Position numbers and translations under genes: made by a program | From: Lingula anatina | Lineage: Eukaryota > Animalia > Brachiopoda | Direction of reading: 5' to 3' | Assembly: GCA_051362555.1 (NCBI GenBank) | Contig: CM120640.1 | Span: 682,001 to 746,000 of the forward strand | Length of the DNA stretch: 64,000 bases | In this document: one piece after another, positions 10,938-24,930 of the stretch | How positions within the stretch are numbered: the stretch's first letter is position 1 | Layout: every line of letters begins with the position of its first letter | The notes under the pieces: model-generated | What the model was told of the DNA's origin: nothing | The model's database searches: none | What the model saw: only the letters and a program-made list of their open reading frames with translations

Positions 10938-13900
10938 TTATTTGTCCAAGACAAACTGCTCAAGCTTAGAAAAAAATCTCATGTTAAATTATCATCAATT
11001 TTGTTGAATGAATCAACTAAGGCAAAACATGATGTCGTTCTTATAATTATGAATCAAGAAACACAATTAGTTAGAATGAACATGCAACTCTGTCATATCT
11101 TGAATAAATCGAAAGTGAAAGAAACTCTGCTATGGAGGCGTACTCAGAACTGCATTTTGACATCACGTAATGTAGGGAATTATGAATATGCAATATTGAT
11201 ATCATATCCCTTTATTTATGCCCATTAATGGCAGCTCTAAAAGAGGGAATTTTTCGAAGAAGGAGAATAATAGCAGAGTGCAATATCACACTAGTGAAAA
11301 AAATAACTCATTGTAACGAACCATTTCATATACATATGGGATGAATGTCTTAAACTTATATAATTTTGAACGCTTAATTCAAGCGTGGGCTCGAAATAGG
11401 ACATTACCTTTTAGACTAACTTAGTGGATAATGCAATCCAAAGATTCCACGGTTCGTGTCAGATTTACGTAAGGTCGCGCAAAGAAAACCCAAGTCCACA
11501 TATTGACCAGTTAAATTATTTATTCATTGACGCTCGGTAGCTACATATAATAAATGAAGTCTCCAACTCTTAACTCGTCAGCTCCGTACTCTGTCGTTTC
11601 CAATCTCCTCCTTCGCTGCTTCCTTCAACGTCTCTCCCTTCTATCTCTAGGTATCGCTTATATACTTATTTCTTATCTACATGTATGGTCCATGACACAA
11701 ACTTTAACTACCTATAATTGTATAATTAATATCTTTACCTCGGCATTATACACAGAGACTGCCGCATTACTCAAGAGCCATTAGACTACAAGACATTACG
11801 TCATACGACTTCAAAAGATATGTATGTCGACATCATTTCAAACAATTTCAAACAACGTTTTGTAACAAATATTTTTTATTGTCCTTGCTCAATCTTCATA
11901 AAATGAGTATATATTTAGCTTACATCATTAAAATCATAATTTTTGATATTTGTTTGTTCTTATTTGTTCCATGAATTGCTGTTAATTTTCACCTTATTTA
12001 ACAAAACAGGTCATGTAACACAATCTTCTCTAAATAATGGTAATGTTGTGATCGGAGTTTTTTCCTTCCTCCACCTGGTCTGCTCTTCATGTGCCAAGAT
12101 AGGCCACCACAGGTGAGTGAGTTAGGCCAGGTGGGGACAGCACGCCCCCTGCAGGTCATCGTCAGTATTGTGACATCATACCTGTCACACATCCATTGTC
12201 TCAGATCTCCCACTCCGAATCGGACGTGCTACAATCAACGATCTCTACAATATTCTCACAGAGCCTAACAATAGCCAGTGATCACTCTCCAATTCAGTAA
12301 GTAGACACAGTGAATACTTCAGTAAGATGTCATATATTAAGTGTGATCTATAATACACACTACTGAAATATTACTTGAAAAATTTCATTTACACATTATG
12401 TGTAGATGTGTCCCAAACAATGGGCAACTTCCAGCTTGACCCCTGTTCCTTCTATCAAACCTACAAACAGAACTACTTCTTAAAACTAACAGATCTCAAC
12501 AGTTTTATTTTGAGAAGTGTTAAAATTATGTGTAACACACCTGTACGTTATACGCAAGTTATTCAGTGTTGTGAAGGTACAGAACTAATGAAACAATTTT
12601 AGAAAAATTAATGGAATAACCATCAGACAGCTTGCTCAATTTTGAGTTAAAATATACATAAGACAAAAACAATTGTATACATTAAGTGTCTTATAAAGCC
12701 CAAAGGCTTTTCTTCTTGTAACACATTACAATACATTGAATAAATGAATGAATGAACCAGATGAAGGATACTAAAGGGCAAATATAATTTATTGATCACA
12801 ATAAAAGGATTTATGTGATATGAGATTATCAATGTTATGTAAGCTTCCAAGGAACTTGACTTTTATAAATTAAACTCCAGATGTTTCTTCCCTAATTTCA
12901 GTCAGGTTGTCCCCTCTTTGTTTTTTTTACACCTAGACTTAATTACTTCCAAGCAGCACTGGTGAGACACATATGATGGAAGGCACAGTGATTCAGCCCT
13001 GAGGCAACATCAAACCAAGTTACCCACACAAGAAACCGAATCAATCAAAGCAGTGGATCAGAAAAACTGAAGTTAATGAGAGCAGTGATGAATCTGATGA
13101 CTCAGATTATATTTTAAAACATGTACACGGTGTGAATGATGGACAGACAAATGAATCAATTGAAATCAATATAGCAGGCATCAGGTGCAAATGCGAAGCA
13201 GAGAGCGGAGCAGCTATGAATGTCATAGACAGGTACCAGTTCACAGCCTTCAGAAACAAGGACAAAGGGAACACTAGAACTTAAACCCACATCTGAGTGA
13301 CTCAAAACTATACAATCAGACCTCGAAGCCCCCCCCCCCCCCCCCTTACTTGGAATGACAAGTCTCAGAGAAATGAGCATGATTAAAATAAGGGAGGATG
13401 GAGAAAAATAATATCCGAATAAAGAAAGATAACACCATAACAAGAAAGAATACAACATCAAGCCAATTGGTTTTTTGTGTTGACATGGCAACTGGTCAGA
13501 GGCTCACCAAGAACGAACAAGTACGTTTTATTTAGATTCAGTTAGAGACCACCTGTTATTAAGAGAACAGCAATTCAGTGGAAAGAAGAGAGGAAGAAAC
13601 CAGCTGTTGCCTGGGGAAATGAAGCTTGCTTGAGGTGAATTTCTCAGAGGTATAGCAGCCATAAACGCCTTAACTCTACTGCTGCTGAATTCTTTTAAGA
13701 AGAGAAGAAATAAAACATGTTTTTAACAACCATCTGTTTTTATATCTGTTTAAATTTGTTGCTGTTGTTGTTGTTGTGCTTAAGGCCAAGTCTATGGATT
13801 ATAGAGAGAGCCTGCCAGAAAATGCCAGAAAGAGGTATGATGAGAAGATCGCTGAAGTGGACAAAAGACCCTTATACCATACCAAAGAAAGACTTTGACA

Positions 13901-16605
13901 CGGACAAGAAGACATGGCCGGATATGAACATAACAGACATTTATCATTTTTTGATCTATCAGCACTCTGCCTATACCCGTGAGCAATTTAGAAGCCATAA
14001 ATCTTTGGAAGCCTACAAGCTTCAAGATGGTTGGGTAAAAGATGTCTTCCACAAAGATGCGAACGGGCTTCATATAATGAAAGCAAGGGTAAGTGCATTT
14101 TGAATAATAAAAAAAAAAAAAATCTTAAAAGAATGATCGAAGGAATTTTACCAGATACATGTATATTATCATGACTGCTATGTCAAAGGGACATACAATT
14201 CTACATAGAAGACCATTTTTTTACATTTTCAAAATGGTGAACTGTTCAGTAAGCATACCTGTAGCAGTAATTTTTTGGCCTAGAAAAGGTCCATGCTGGA
14301 TCAAGTTTGACTTAGGTACATGGATGTTTTATGATTAAAGGTCTACAATTTGAGAAAAATAACCTCTTTGAAATTTTTATCTACATGCTTGTTATGGCAG
14401 TACTAATACAGTTGCTGCAGGGGCTGTACATTAAAAGTTTTCCATAATTTGTAATATGTTTGCTGTTTAGATCTAAATATTTGGTCATATGTTAAATATA
14501 CTAATAAATTATGAATAAATTTTGTGGATTAAAAATATCAAAATGCTTGTTACATGTGGGCTTTCCATATTTATGGCTTTTCTTTTATCTGTACTTTACA
14601 TTATGATACAGACAGTATTAAGGAAGGCATTACCACATTTGGACCATAGTCTATTTGTCTCATTGCAATTAATCTTAAGGGTAGCTCTCTAGTTAAAACT
14701 ATTTATTCGGTGTATTAAAATGTGCATTCATTGTATAAATTAAATTCTAGTTAAACACAACTAACTTTCATGTTTAAGTGCAAAGTTTGCAATTAAAATG
14801 GAAACCGCATTTCACAGGAACTATTTCTATACCTCATCTTTGCCTCATTCTTCAAATTATATTTATTATACATTAATATGTATTTCTCGTCGTATGTTGC
14901 AGGTTTACCATTCCATTGGTGTTCGAGAAAAGCTTTCAGAGCCTTGGGTGATTGTCACTGCAGATGGGGAGATTGACTGTGCCCACTGCACATGCATAGC
15001 AGGCCTTGGGGAAACCTGCAGTCATATTGCTGCCCTCCTCCTCGCCATAGAGACATGGACAAGGAAGGAGACAACAGTTACTGATGTCCCTGCCTACTGG
15101 GCAAACCCTTCAGCGAGTCATGAACTGGAACAACCCTATAAAAGGATGCAAGAAATAGACCTGCAGTCAGCTAACAAGAAATGGTTGCACCCAGACACCC
15201 AATCTACTCCAGCCAAAGACATCACAACGACCATCCCATCCCCAACCAGAAATGAAAGAGATTCCGTCTTCAGTACCCTTCATGCAACTAGCAGATGTGC
15301 CATTTTGTCATTAACTCCTGGCTTTTCTAGCCAGTTTAGGCCCAAAGCACTGTTGGGTCAGTGGCCTGTTGACATTTCACTATGAAGAAGAACTGGCATC
15401 TTGACAGCTCTGATATCAGTGAAATTCTGAGACACACTAGTGACACTGACATCTCCTTCAGCAAAGAAGAAGCCACATAATATGGTGGCCCCTATTGGAT
15501 ATTTCGACTTTTCGACTTTATTTCGACTTTTCAACTTTTTTCTGTGGACGGCTTTTTGCTGCGGAACTTTTACACATTTGGCACGCGGAAAGCAAGCGAC
15601 TTAAACATTGGAAAATCTTATTAGATATTATTTTAAAGCTGGATACACAGCAACTGAGATTGCTAAAACTATGTCACTTGCCCATGGCACCTATGTAAGG
15701 TGAGTGTAACTTTCCATATGATATGGTACGGAAAGGTTAGTATCCTCACTCATCAAACTTAATTATTTTGTAACTAATTATTTAAGGGGTCACGTCGATG
15801 CGCGGGAGTGTCGGGATGTAGTCTTATGTAACACCAGTTTTCAGTGCTTACTCAAGCCTTGAGGGCTTTGCATATTTATTTATTTGTTTTTTATTTTGCA
15901 AAAAGGGGACAATCAAACTCACCATTTGGGCAACAATACAGACTTGGTAGACTAACAGAATCCAAAATTTACAATATCACTCAACTGACATAAACTCGCC
16001 TGCAATTGGTGTTGTGAAGGGCATATGCTATCCAGCATCATTCACAAATGCTGCTGTGGACTGGGGTACAAGAAAAGAGGGGATAGCACGAAAGCATTAC
16101 ATCAAGTACAACAGTGGCCACCGCCAGAAATTCTCTGTAAGGGACAGTGGGCTAGTAATAAACCCAAATTGTTTTGTTTGGGGCAAGTCCTGATGGGACT
16201 GTCAACTGTGACTGTTGTGGAACTGGACTCGTAGAAATAAAATGCCCATATTCCTTGAAAGATTCAGCTGACATTAATGAACCTTGGCTTGATGGTGGAA
16301 AATTGAAGAAGGTGTTGGGAGCGCACGGGGATCAAGAGACGCTCCCGATGACGTAATTATGTAAATAGAATCCATTAACTTTTGGGACGCTGATTGGACA
16401 TGGACCTGCAGCAGAAAATCCGCATAAGATCGTCGCGATAAAAGAAAGTTGTATATAAGATTGTATTTGTTATGAATCTTGGTCAGTTGTTGAATAAAGC
16501 ATTGTTACGTTGATTTATCCTTGTGGTTGACTTGGTTTCTGTGGTACACACTTAGGTGAAGTTTTAGACCAACGAATCTGGGATCGATCGTGAGAGTGAA
16601 AGGTT

Positions 16606-17379
16606 CCCAGCAGGCATAGTTGCGTTGGATCAACGTTGAAAACAGGTTGATACGTTGAATTGCCATTGATCAACCTAATTTCAATGTAAAATCATTGTTG
16701 ATCCAGCCACGTCGAAACACCGTCATAATGTGACGTTGACTCAATGTTGTATTTTGGTCAATGACACAACCTTGCAGTTATGGAATGTAATTTAAAATAT
16801 TAATTATCGAAAACGTGATACTTTGTTTATCAATACTGTAACTAAATTTATCAAAATAATTACAAAATGGTTTAAAGTAAAAGTGACAGTTGTTTTGTGT
16901 CTTTAGTTAACTAGTGAATTTTCTTAACTTGTTATTCAGAAATACAATCCAATAAACTGAATTCCTTGCAAGGTCAGCTAACACTAGGATGAATAAGTTG
17001 CTGTAAGTGTGACGGAGTTAACAGTTCTTGGTAACCTGTTATAGATAGACAGGTTGAGGTGACTGTGACTTTGTTATACATACATGTAGTTATATATATA
17101 TATATATATAAGAAAAGAACTATATATATTAATCTAAATCTTGGAAATTTTAACTTAAAGGCCATACATTACTACCCTACATATATTTAGCCATCAAACA
17201 TGTCCTACTGCTAAACACATCCAGGCTAATTTCCCGCTGGGTGGGGTTGACATAACATTGTTTTCTGATGTTGATACAACGTTGTTATCTGAGGTTGACA
17301 CAACTTTCAAATCAATGTCTTCTCAACATTATGGTTCAATGTTGTTTCAACGTTAAAACAACATAATTTGCCTGCTGGG
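16606..17379. mobile_element. Non-autonomous EnSpm/CACTA-like element inside the 5' LTR
   Basis: TIR CCCAGCAGGCA/TGCCTGCTGGG, 2-bp TSD TT, many CAACGTTG-like subterminal repeats; the 3' LTR preserves the empty site GAAAGGTTACTTG. Confidence 0.85.
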
Positions 17380-17507
17380 TTACTTGTGTAAGTGAGCGTA
17401 AGTGAACGATAGTGAGTGAAAGCTTCCTACGATTTAGTATGTTCAGTACATATTTTTGCAGGCTCGTCCAGTCCTTCACAAGTGTGCACAGAAAACTCAA
17501 AACTGCA

Positions 17508-18730
17508 ATGGCTCAAGGACAACTGGCTGGTGTTGTGGAGTTGGCCAAACTTGCAGAAGCTCTTCGAGTTATGACGCACAATATACAAGGGCAGCATAGA
17601 CGGGAGGTGATGAACTCCAGGGTGCAGGATGCGATAAGTGGTGTTACTACATGCAACGGGAATATCCCGTCAGAGGTTAGAGCCTATATAGACGAATTAG
17701 ATGTGGTTAATGTAGGAATACATGACGTACTGGGGGTATCATCAAATTAATCATCAGAACATCAAAAGGAGCTCTGAGATGGGAAATAGATTTTTAAATA
17801 CGCAGGCAGATAGGAATGGGATGACGTGGGCGGCTATTAAATCTTACATACAGAGATCATTTTTGTCGGCTAATGAGGAAGAAAGGCTTAAATCAGAATT
17901 AGAAGTTTTAAGGCAGTCGGTGTTCGAAACTCTTACAACGTTTAATAGGCGATTCAGGGAGAGCGCTAATAGAGCGTTCAACGTACCTAGACAGGGAGAA
18001 ACTGAGCGCTTTGTCATCAGGGCATACATTCGTGCTTTGTCAAATAGAAATATGGCAGAGGAACTTATGGTAAGAGGTTGGCCTGCCACGCTGGAGGAGG
18101 CCATTACGTGGACAGAGCAAGAAAATTCGGGGAGGGAAATTTTTAGGCAAATCATAGGAGTAGGAGAAAATTTGAGGGAACAACAGACAAATGTTGTAAC
18201 ACAAAACGCAAGAATAGAGGAAGACATGGAAATAGGCGCTACTGGGCCAGACAGACACAACAGAAGCATGACACAAACAAAACAAACGCAGCTTGACGCA
18301 ATACTGGCAAAATTTACAAATACCGCACAACAATTAGAAAATGCTCTCATGCAACAACACAAAACAAACAAACGAACGATTACAAACACGGATGGCCAAA
18401 GTAGAAACTAGGGTCTTCCAACTCCCCCAACCCACAAAGACAGCATCAGGGTAATTTTTCACGGCGGGCGGCTAACTTCTCTCAAAAGCTACACACACGA
18501 CGAAACACAGATTGGACAGAGGACGGCCGGCCTGTCTGTTTCAATTGCAATAAGGCAGGCCACGTTAGGTCAGAATGTAGACAATTGTTAGCACAACAAC
18601 GGGGTCATTTAAACTAGATTCTGCAGGCAGTACAGCGTCCAGATATCGTAGGTAAGGTGTTCTTCTGTCAGTACAGGGAATAAAATGTAAAGCATTAGTA
18701 GACTCTGGAGCCTGTTGTAGCTGCCTGAAG
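17508..18730 (+). pseudogene. Frameshifted gag with zinc knuckle and truncated aspartic protease
   Basis: Capsid-like LRQ..ETLTTFNRRFRE..FVIRAYIRAL..P.TLEEA; CCHC knuckle GRPVCFNCNKAGHVRSEC (~18525-18580); protease ALVDSGACCSCL (~18690-18727). Confidence 0.85.
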
Positions 18731-19369
18731 TGAAGTTTTAGACCAACGAATCTGGGATCGATCGTGAGAGTGAAAGGTTACTTGTGTAAGTGATCATAAG
18801 TGAATGATAGTGAGTGAAAGCTTCCTACGATTTAGTACGTTCAGTACAAAGGAAAGCAGCTATTACATGTCCAATCACAACCATTTCTTACGGATACCAA
18901 ATACTGTGACTTTTTTGTGTGGATACCTCACACAGTTTGCATGGTGTTACAGGGTCCAACATACCAGTTACAAGTGGCATGGATAGAGAATTCATGTAGA
19001 GACATAGCTCAAGTCAAGTATACCAGCACACATCCATGCCACATTGGACATGAAATAAAAGAGTGAAACCTCAAAGTCATGTTTTTATTTCATCCTGTGA
19101 CCAACCCACAGAATCACACTAGTAACAAGCTCTGCTACACTGCCAAACTGCTCATAAATCGAGTAATGACAGTGGAGTTAGTTTTGATATACAATAACAC
19201 AATTGATAAATAAGATATTAGAAGGGCCCAGTGCACAGGTAGTCTCAACAGACAGATGTATCATTCCAACCAACAGATCAGTCTAGGGATAACAGCAAGG
19301 AGAGAACGCGTGAAAGGAGTAAAGAAAGAAGAAGTGAATGGAGGAAAGATAGAGGAGAGGAAACGGAAA

Positions 19370-19900
19370 GAAAGCATTCACGTTGTGGTAAGTGGACTTT
19401 TCATACTGAATTGAATTGTTTTGCCCGAAATATGTAATGCTACAACTGTGAGCGCATTGGTCATTTGGCCGTGGTTTGCAGCACTATAAAGCAATAGAGG
19501 TGTCTGCGTAATAAGGTAAAATTGAAAGATTTACAGGCGAGTTGTTTTCTGGGAGATATCATGGGAGAGGACCCTATAGAACATTATTTGATAAAAATCC
19601 ATCTTAATACCCTGACAGTTAAGGCCATGATTAACACAGGTGTATCAAAAACTTGCATTTCCAATAACATTATGAGAGAACTAAAACATGAAAAATAATC
19701 CACAGTTAAGATTTTAAAATTGGACCTGTCAACAATCTCAGGAAATCACTGGTTGTGCTTTAATTGACTTTATCATAGGCAAAAACTCCTTCACTCATAA
19801 ATTTTACATTTTGCAAAGCCTTCCCAGAAATGTTATTTTGGGCATTGATACCCTAAAGGCAAATGGGACTACCTTTGACATGAAAAACAGCGTCCTATCA
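19370..19900 (+). pseudogene. Decayed Gypsy gag knuckle and protease remnant
   Basis: CYNCERIGHLAVVC 19438-19479; AMINTGVSKTCIS (degenerate DTG) ~19625-19660; NVILGIDTL ~19830-19855; stops and frameshifts. Confidence 0.65.
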
Positions 19901-20129
19901 TTTAATGATAAAAAGTTGTCACACAAATAAACCAAATTATGTAGGCCTAGTGCGTACCAATCAGAAAATAACTGTAGGTCCCTGAACTGAAAGTTTAATT
20001 CCTGTAAAAATATCTGGAGCAAATAAGGCTAACTCTAAAAGTCTATTGTTAGATCCTGTCGATAACAACTATTTGGTGGCTAGGTGTGTTATAGATAAAA
20101 ATCGCAGCATGTGTAGGATTTACAGTCCC

Positions 20130-20962
20130 ACTGACAACTTTTTAATTCAACACTAAAAATTTCAATCCCGGATATAAAGATTTTTAAAAATAAATTTTCA
20201 AAATTTTTAGCAAAAGAACACAAACTAAATCTGAACCTGGAAAAAGCTGCTTCAGCAGCATGAAACCAGCAAACCATCTTTAACAATCTGGCTGAACCCC
20301 TATTCACTGGAGAGTTACAACTACCTGTACAGGCTCCAAGTGTTGACAATATACTCACATATACAGCAATCGGGGTTGCCGTAGCTTCATTGTTAATATC
20401 AGCGTACAGTTTAAAGATCTTATCAGCCTCAATTTTTTCAGTTAATAAGGCACATGCCACACCCAGCTTCATCTATGAATATCCCACCACACCCTCTACA
20501 ACGTCTATACCCTTTTCCATCAGTGACCTCATCAGTGTGGAATATATTCCTACTGCCTCAGTAATCATCGCAATCTTGGTGTTAGTTTCCCTTTTTATAG
20601 CAATTTATCTCTGCTCAAATCGAGAGGAAAACGTAGTGTCATTGGAAATAACGACTGGGAGACAATGTGTAACCATTCCTATTTTGGCCTTACACACCTG
20701 TCCCCATGATTTAAAGGTATCTGGTCAACCGTCATATATTATTGACCACATTCAATTATCTGCACTGCCTACAGTAACAATAGCTTGGGGCAATATTACA
20801 CTGATGAATGCCATTTCAAAGTTTGAATATAAACTACCAACTGAAGTCAAAGTTGGTCTCCTGAGCTACTTGAAATTAAAGAGGATGGCAAAAATCCCTT
20901 TTGATGTACATTTTGTTGCATTACACCACAAGAGAACCTTTTACATACCCATAATGAACTAA
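20130..20962 (+). pseudogene. C-terminal part of a membrane-anchored env-like ORF3 of the Gypsy remnant (one in-frame stop at 20261)
   Basis: Two hydrophobic spans (TAIGVAVASLLISAY; VIIAILVLVSLFIAIYLC), then a Cys-containing domain; lies between the protease remnant and a purine-rich tract at ~21400-21413. Confidence 0.5.
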
Positions 20963-23900
20963 GCTTGTATCGTGCACAATGTGAAGCTCTTATACTAGTA
21001 GAGATCAATCAGCATCGATCAATGTTTGATAAATTCCACCAACCATACTGATGTCTCATAGTGACTGTCTCTGTTCCAGAGTTTGCTATTTTGTAGTTAT
21101 AGTATGTGTAGTAGTTAGAACATATATATATTTTCCTTATTCCATTTTAAATGTAAAATCGTAAATTTGACTTAACCTGTAATTTGTTATTTGCCATTGA
21201 CTTATGATGGAATACACTTGTAAATGTATTATATAATGGTCATGGTTCTGAGAAATAATTAAAATTTTTTCCCTTGTCTGGAATACATAATAATATATAT
21301 AGATATATAAAGGTAATGGGTCAGCTCAAGATTTGTTCTGTAGAAGATTGTTTATCTCTGTTATACTATTTTAAAATAGTTTTGGGCATGAAACTTTCTG
21401 GCAAAGGGAGCCATATCATAACTCAATAAGACAATTACATAGTGTGGCACTCCTAGTATGAAAATTTATAACTCTGAGATGTTACATGTCCATCTCACCT
21501 CAGCATTGCGAGCTCCAGACATCTGTCTCTGTCTGACTACTTTATTCCATGTGCAAATCATTAATAGTCATTTTTCTAAGAACCCCTATTGTATTGTATT
21601 GTGTACTGACTTACTATGTGTTACCTTTGTGTGTAAAGATCACCTATGTAACCCATTAGCATAAATATATATATATATATTTCTAAAGAATCTCATTGTA
21701 TGTAGACCACAATAAAGGAGGGCCTTCCGTAGCCCTTCAGGAGTAGTAATAGGAGTAGTAGCAGTGGCTGTAGTAGTTGTGGGAGCTGTGACGCTGAATA
21801 AAACCTGGGAAAAACTAAAGGAGTGTTGTGTTCCTGACTGTCTATGAAATATTTATCATTCTCTGTGTTTGTATGCCTAAGACACATGCATATCTGAAAT
21901 CTCATAGGTTGAAACCTTCACATGTTAACTATTGCATAACAATAAATTAGTTGCTGCCACTGTGGTATACACATAGAAAACACGAGTATAAAGTCTGCAT
22001 TTTGGACTTTAAATTTAGAACTGAACATGTGAGGATGTTGTTATATTCCTTCTCCCATGCATCAGTGACGAGTGAAATTTAAGAAGAACCTGGGTAGGGA
22101 GTATCATGAACTCCTCACATAATGGCAAGCTTGACCAGGGTTACTGCGGGGGAGGGACATAATTATAGATCTTACTTTGGAGATGTATATGGCTATGAAG
22201 AGGACAACTGGGATTATCAAGAGGATTACAATATTAATGGCAGACTTGTAGAATATTTATCTAAGCTAGCCGACTTGCTAATGAGACAATATGGCTATTT
22301 GGAGCAACAAAATAAGGACATTACTGGACAGAATGATGGAAATGACAATGTAGTGGAGCTTGAAAGAAAAAGCAATGATGAAAGTGGTGATACTGAGAGA
22401 AAAGAATCTGAAATGAAACCAGAAGTTAAAGAAAGGATTGAATACAAAGTATATGGACCATTAGAAACAGAGAACAGATGACGAGGGACAGACTACTGTC
22501 AAAGAGGATGAAAAAACAGAATATAGATTTTATAACTAAGCTGTGGTGTTGTGTTGCTTTTCTCTTCGGGCATAAACCCAAGTCAGGAATCTTGTACCGA
22601 AACTTGAATCTTCTGTAGCCCCTTTGAGTAGATTATACCCCGCAGACCTCAGATTGGTACTTGGTGTGCCACATCTGCTTGACCCCCGAATGGCAGTGAG
22701 AGAACAATAGGATGAAGACTTAAAGATGATGTCTGATTTCCTGAGTGAATAACAAGACAAGTGCAGCCATTTAAATGTTTTGGGCATCAATTTCTTCTCA
22801 GGTTTACTAATAAATGAAGTTATTGCAAATACCAGATACATTGACAGTTTTGAATTTGTAATCACAAACTTGAGTGTAATCCACCCACTTGTAGCAGTAG
22901 AAATTATAACTGTTTTGAATGAAGTCTTCGGGGAGGAATTACCAGTGCCTACAGTTGATGATGTCATTTTGGAGGATATTGATGACTTGGTATAGCAGTT
23001 GGTTTTTGATTATGAGGCAGAGGAAGACTCCTTTGCAGACCTACTAGATGAGAATGAATAGTCAGATTGAATTTATATGGGGCTATGGGCCTGGGTAAAA
23101 GTGCACAAAGATCTTTATTCCTCCCCATGACCAACCTATATTGGCATGCTAGTAACAAGCTCTGCTACACTGACAACCAGCTCCTAAATCTAGTTATCAT
23201 AGAGGAGTCTGCACAGCAAATCTGCAAGAGGCAGACAACATTAGGGATAAGCAACGTGCTATGCAGCTTATCCTTCAGGAATATCTAGTGAAGTCACACT
23301 CTTCTCTTAACTACTGATGGGGAAAGCCAAGCCCATTTTGCTTGGTGTAATGAACCATTACAAATACTGATAAGTTTAAATTTGCATGTATGTAATTTGC
23401 ATATTTGTTAAATTTATCCACAGTTAAGTTTTAATTTATTCTAATGTATTCAAGCATGGCAGGTTGCATGCCAGTTATAGAAGATAGTTTGGAATGCAAA
23501 GTAGGATCTGGTATAAAAGAGGCAACAGAGCCACAGAAGGGACATATAGATAGAGACATAGATGTAGATACATAGAGAGAGAGCAAGCAGGCTGAACCTG
23601 AATAAATAGCCAGTTGGTTATTACAAATGGCGAGCTCCCAGGTTTCACCTTAAGCAGCTGAGACCAAAAGGCAGTTTATAGTCAAGATGCTGTGTGAAGA
23701 ATGCTGTATGAAGGCTCAGACATTTACAGCTGGCTGTTAAATTGTCTCGGTGTATTCAGCAATCTTCTGAAAACGCAGGTAACGAGCAAAGATGTACTTT
23801 TATTGTCAAATTCTCTTGATAATCTGTGGGAAGTAATGAAAGAAGAGACAACGACGTACGACAAAGGATACAAACTATCTATTGAAGCAATGATAAGCAG

Positions 23901-24094
23901 CATTCAGATGGAAGTGCGGCAGAGAAGCACAGTGGATGATGGCAGCTGTGATGAAGAAACTTCAACATTCAGTTAAATAAACCACGTAGAGAAAACTATA
24001 GCTTCCTGTCTCAGTTGACTTATTGGTGAAAAGCAACTCTAAGAACCTGAATAACCAACCAGCTGGTTATTACAGTGGGTGGTAATTTGATTGT

Positions 24095-24390
24095 ATATAC
24101 AAAGATCACTTTTGTTGGCAAAAATAGAGGAGAGATAAAGATCCGAATTAGAAATTCTAAGGCAGTCAGCATTTGAAACCCTAACAACATTCAATAGGCA
24201 ATTTAGGGGGAGTGAAAATAGCGCATTCACCTTCCCTAGACAAGGAGAAACTGAGTATTTTGTAGTCAGGGCATATGTAGGTGAATTAGTGAATAGATAT
24301 CTAGCAGAGGAGCTTATGGTAAGAGGTCGGCCTACAACTCTGGAGGCGGCTATCATATGGACAGAACAGGAAATTTTTGGGAATGAAATA
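24095..24390 (+). pseudogene. gag fragment of the same family as 17508-18730
   Basis: SELEILRQSAFETLTTFNRQFR..PRQGETEYFVVRAY..AEELMVRGRPTTLEAAIIWTEQE aligns by eye with 17850-18135. Confidence 0.85.
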
Positions 24391-24639
24391 TTGTGCTAAA
24401 ATACAAATTAAGCATGGGTTGCTGACAGAAATAAAAATCCTATTTGCCAAATTCACATTTCAGTGGAACACCTGTCCTCTCCTCTGAATCTCTCCAGTCT
24501 GCCAGATTTTCTTGATTTCAGTAATGTTTGATTGTATCACCCAGACAATTCCACTTATGTTCAATACAGCGAGTCAGAATGCAAAAGTCTCATAGAAAAG
24601 GATGAGACTCAAAATACTGATCCAGACAGTGACATAAGT

Positions 24640-24930
24640 GCTTCATTTTTCTAAATCAACTTAAAGGACTCTTTTAAGAAGTGTTTCGGTGACCAATTGT
24701 GTGCAGCACCAGAAAGACAAGAAAGAGGATAAGTGCAGCAGCATGATAACTGTCAGAGGGACATATCTAAACAATCATGACTCTGTGTGGTGTTCCCAAC
24801 CAGGGAAAAGGCAGCCCATAGGTAACCTGTTATGTGCAACTTTGAGAACTTTTACTAAATTCAAGGAAATTAGTGATGCTTTAAATATGAAAACTATCCA
24901 AGAAAGGCAGTTTTACACTTAACAGAACTA
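24640..24930 (+). pseudogene. Kolobok-type transposase fragment
   Basis: MITVRGTYLNNH..VWCSQP...PIGNLLCA...FTKFKEI..ALNM..I.ERQFY resembles the H..W.SQP..GN motif of Kolobok transposases. Confidence 0.55.

Larger units (their letters stand above)
16313..18848 (+). mobile_element. Internally deleted Ty3/Gypsy-like LTR retrotransposon; 5' LTR 16313-17450, partial 3' LTR 18730-18848
   Basis: TG...CA ends, 4-bp TSD AAGG (16309-16312/18849-18852), tRNA-Pro-like PBS TGCAGGCTCGTCC 17457-17469, LTR ends match each other. Confidence 0.85.
13794..19060 (+). pseudogene. Decayed ISL2EU-type accessory gene (DPY...KSLEAY domain, SWIM zinc finger, YqaJ exonuclease), spliced and frameshifted, split by an LTR element
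   Basis: MDYRESLPENARKRYDEK/DPY..WPD..DIYHFL..HKSLEAY..GWV (13794-14088); SWIM AHCTCIAGLGETCSHIAALL (~14980-15040); Yqa[33 protein letters not shown] (15905-16312), resuming after 18852 with SSYY.VQSQ..YCDFFVW. Confidence 0.8.

Noticed and set aside
11457-11832. Solo LTR (TGTC...GACA)
   Set aside because: No matching target-site duplication and no second copy in the window.
15485-15793. MITE with GTGGCCCCT/AGGGGTCAC ends
   Set aside because: Only a 9-bp imperfect match and no clear TSD.
17844-18389. 181-aa and 97-aa - strand ORFs (likewise 24039-24356)
   Set aside because: Antisense shadows of gag.
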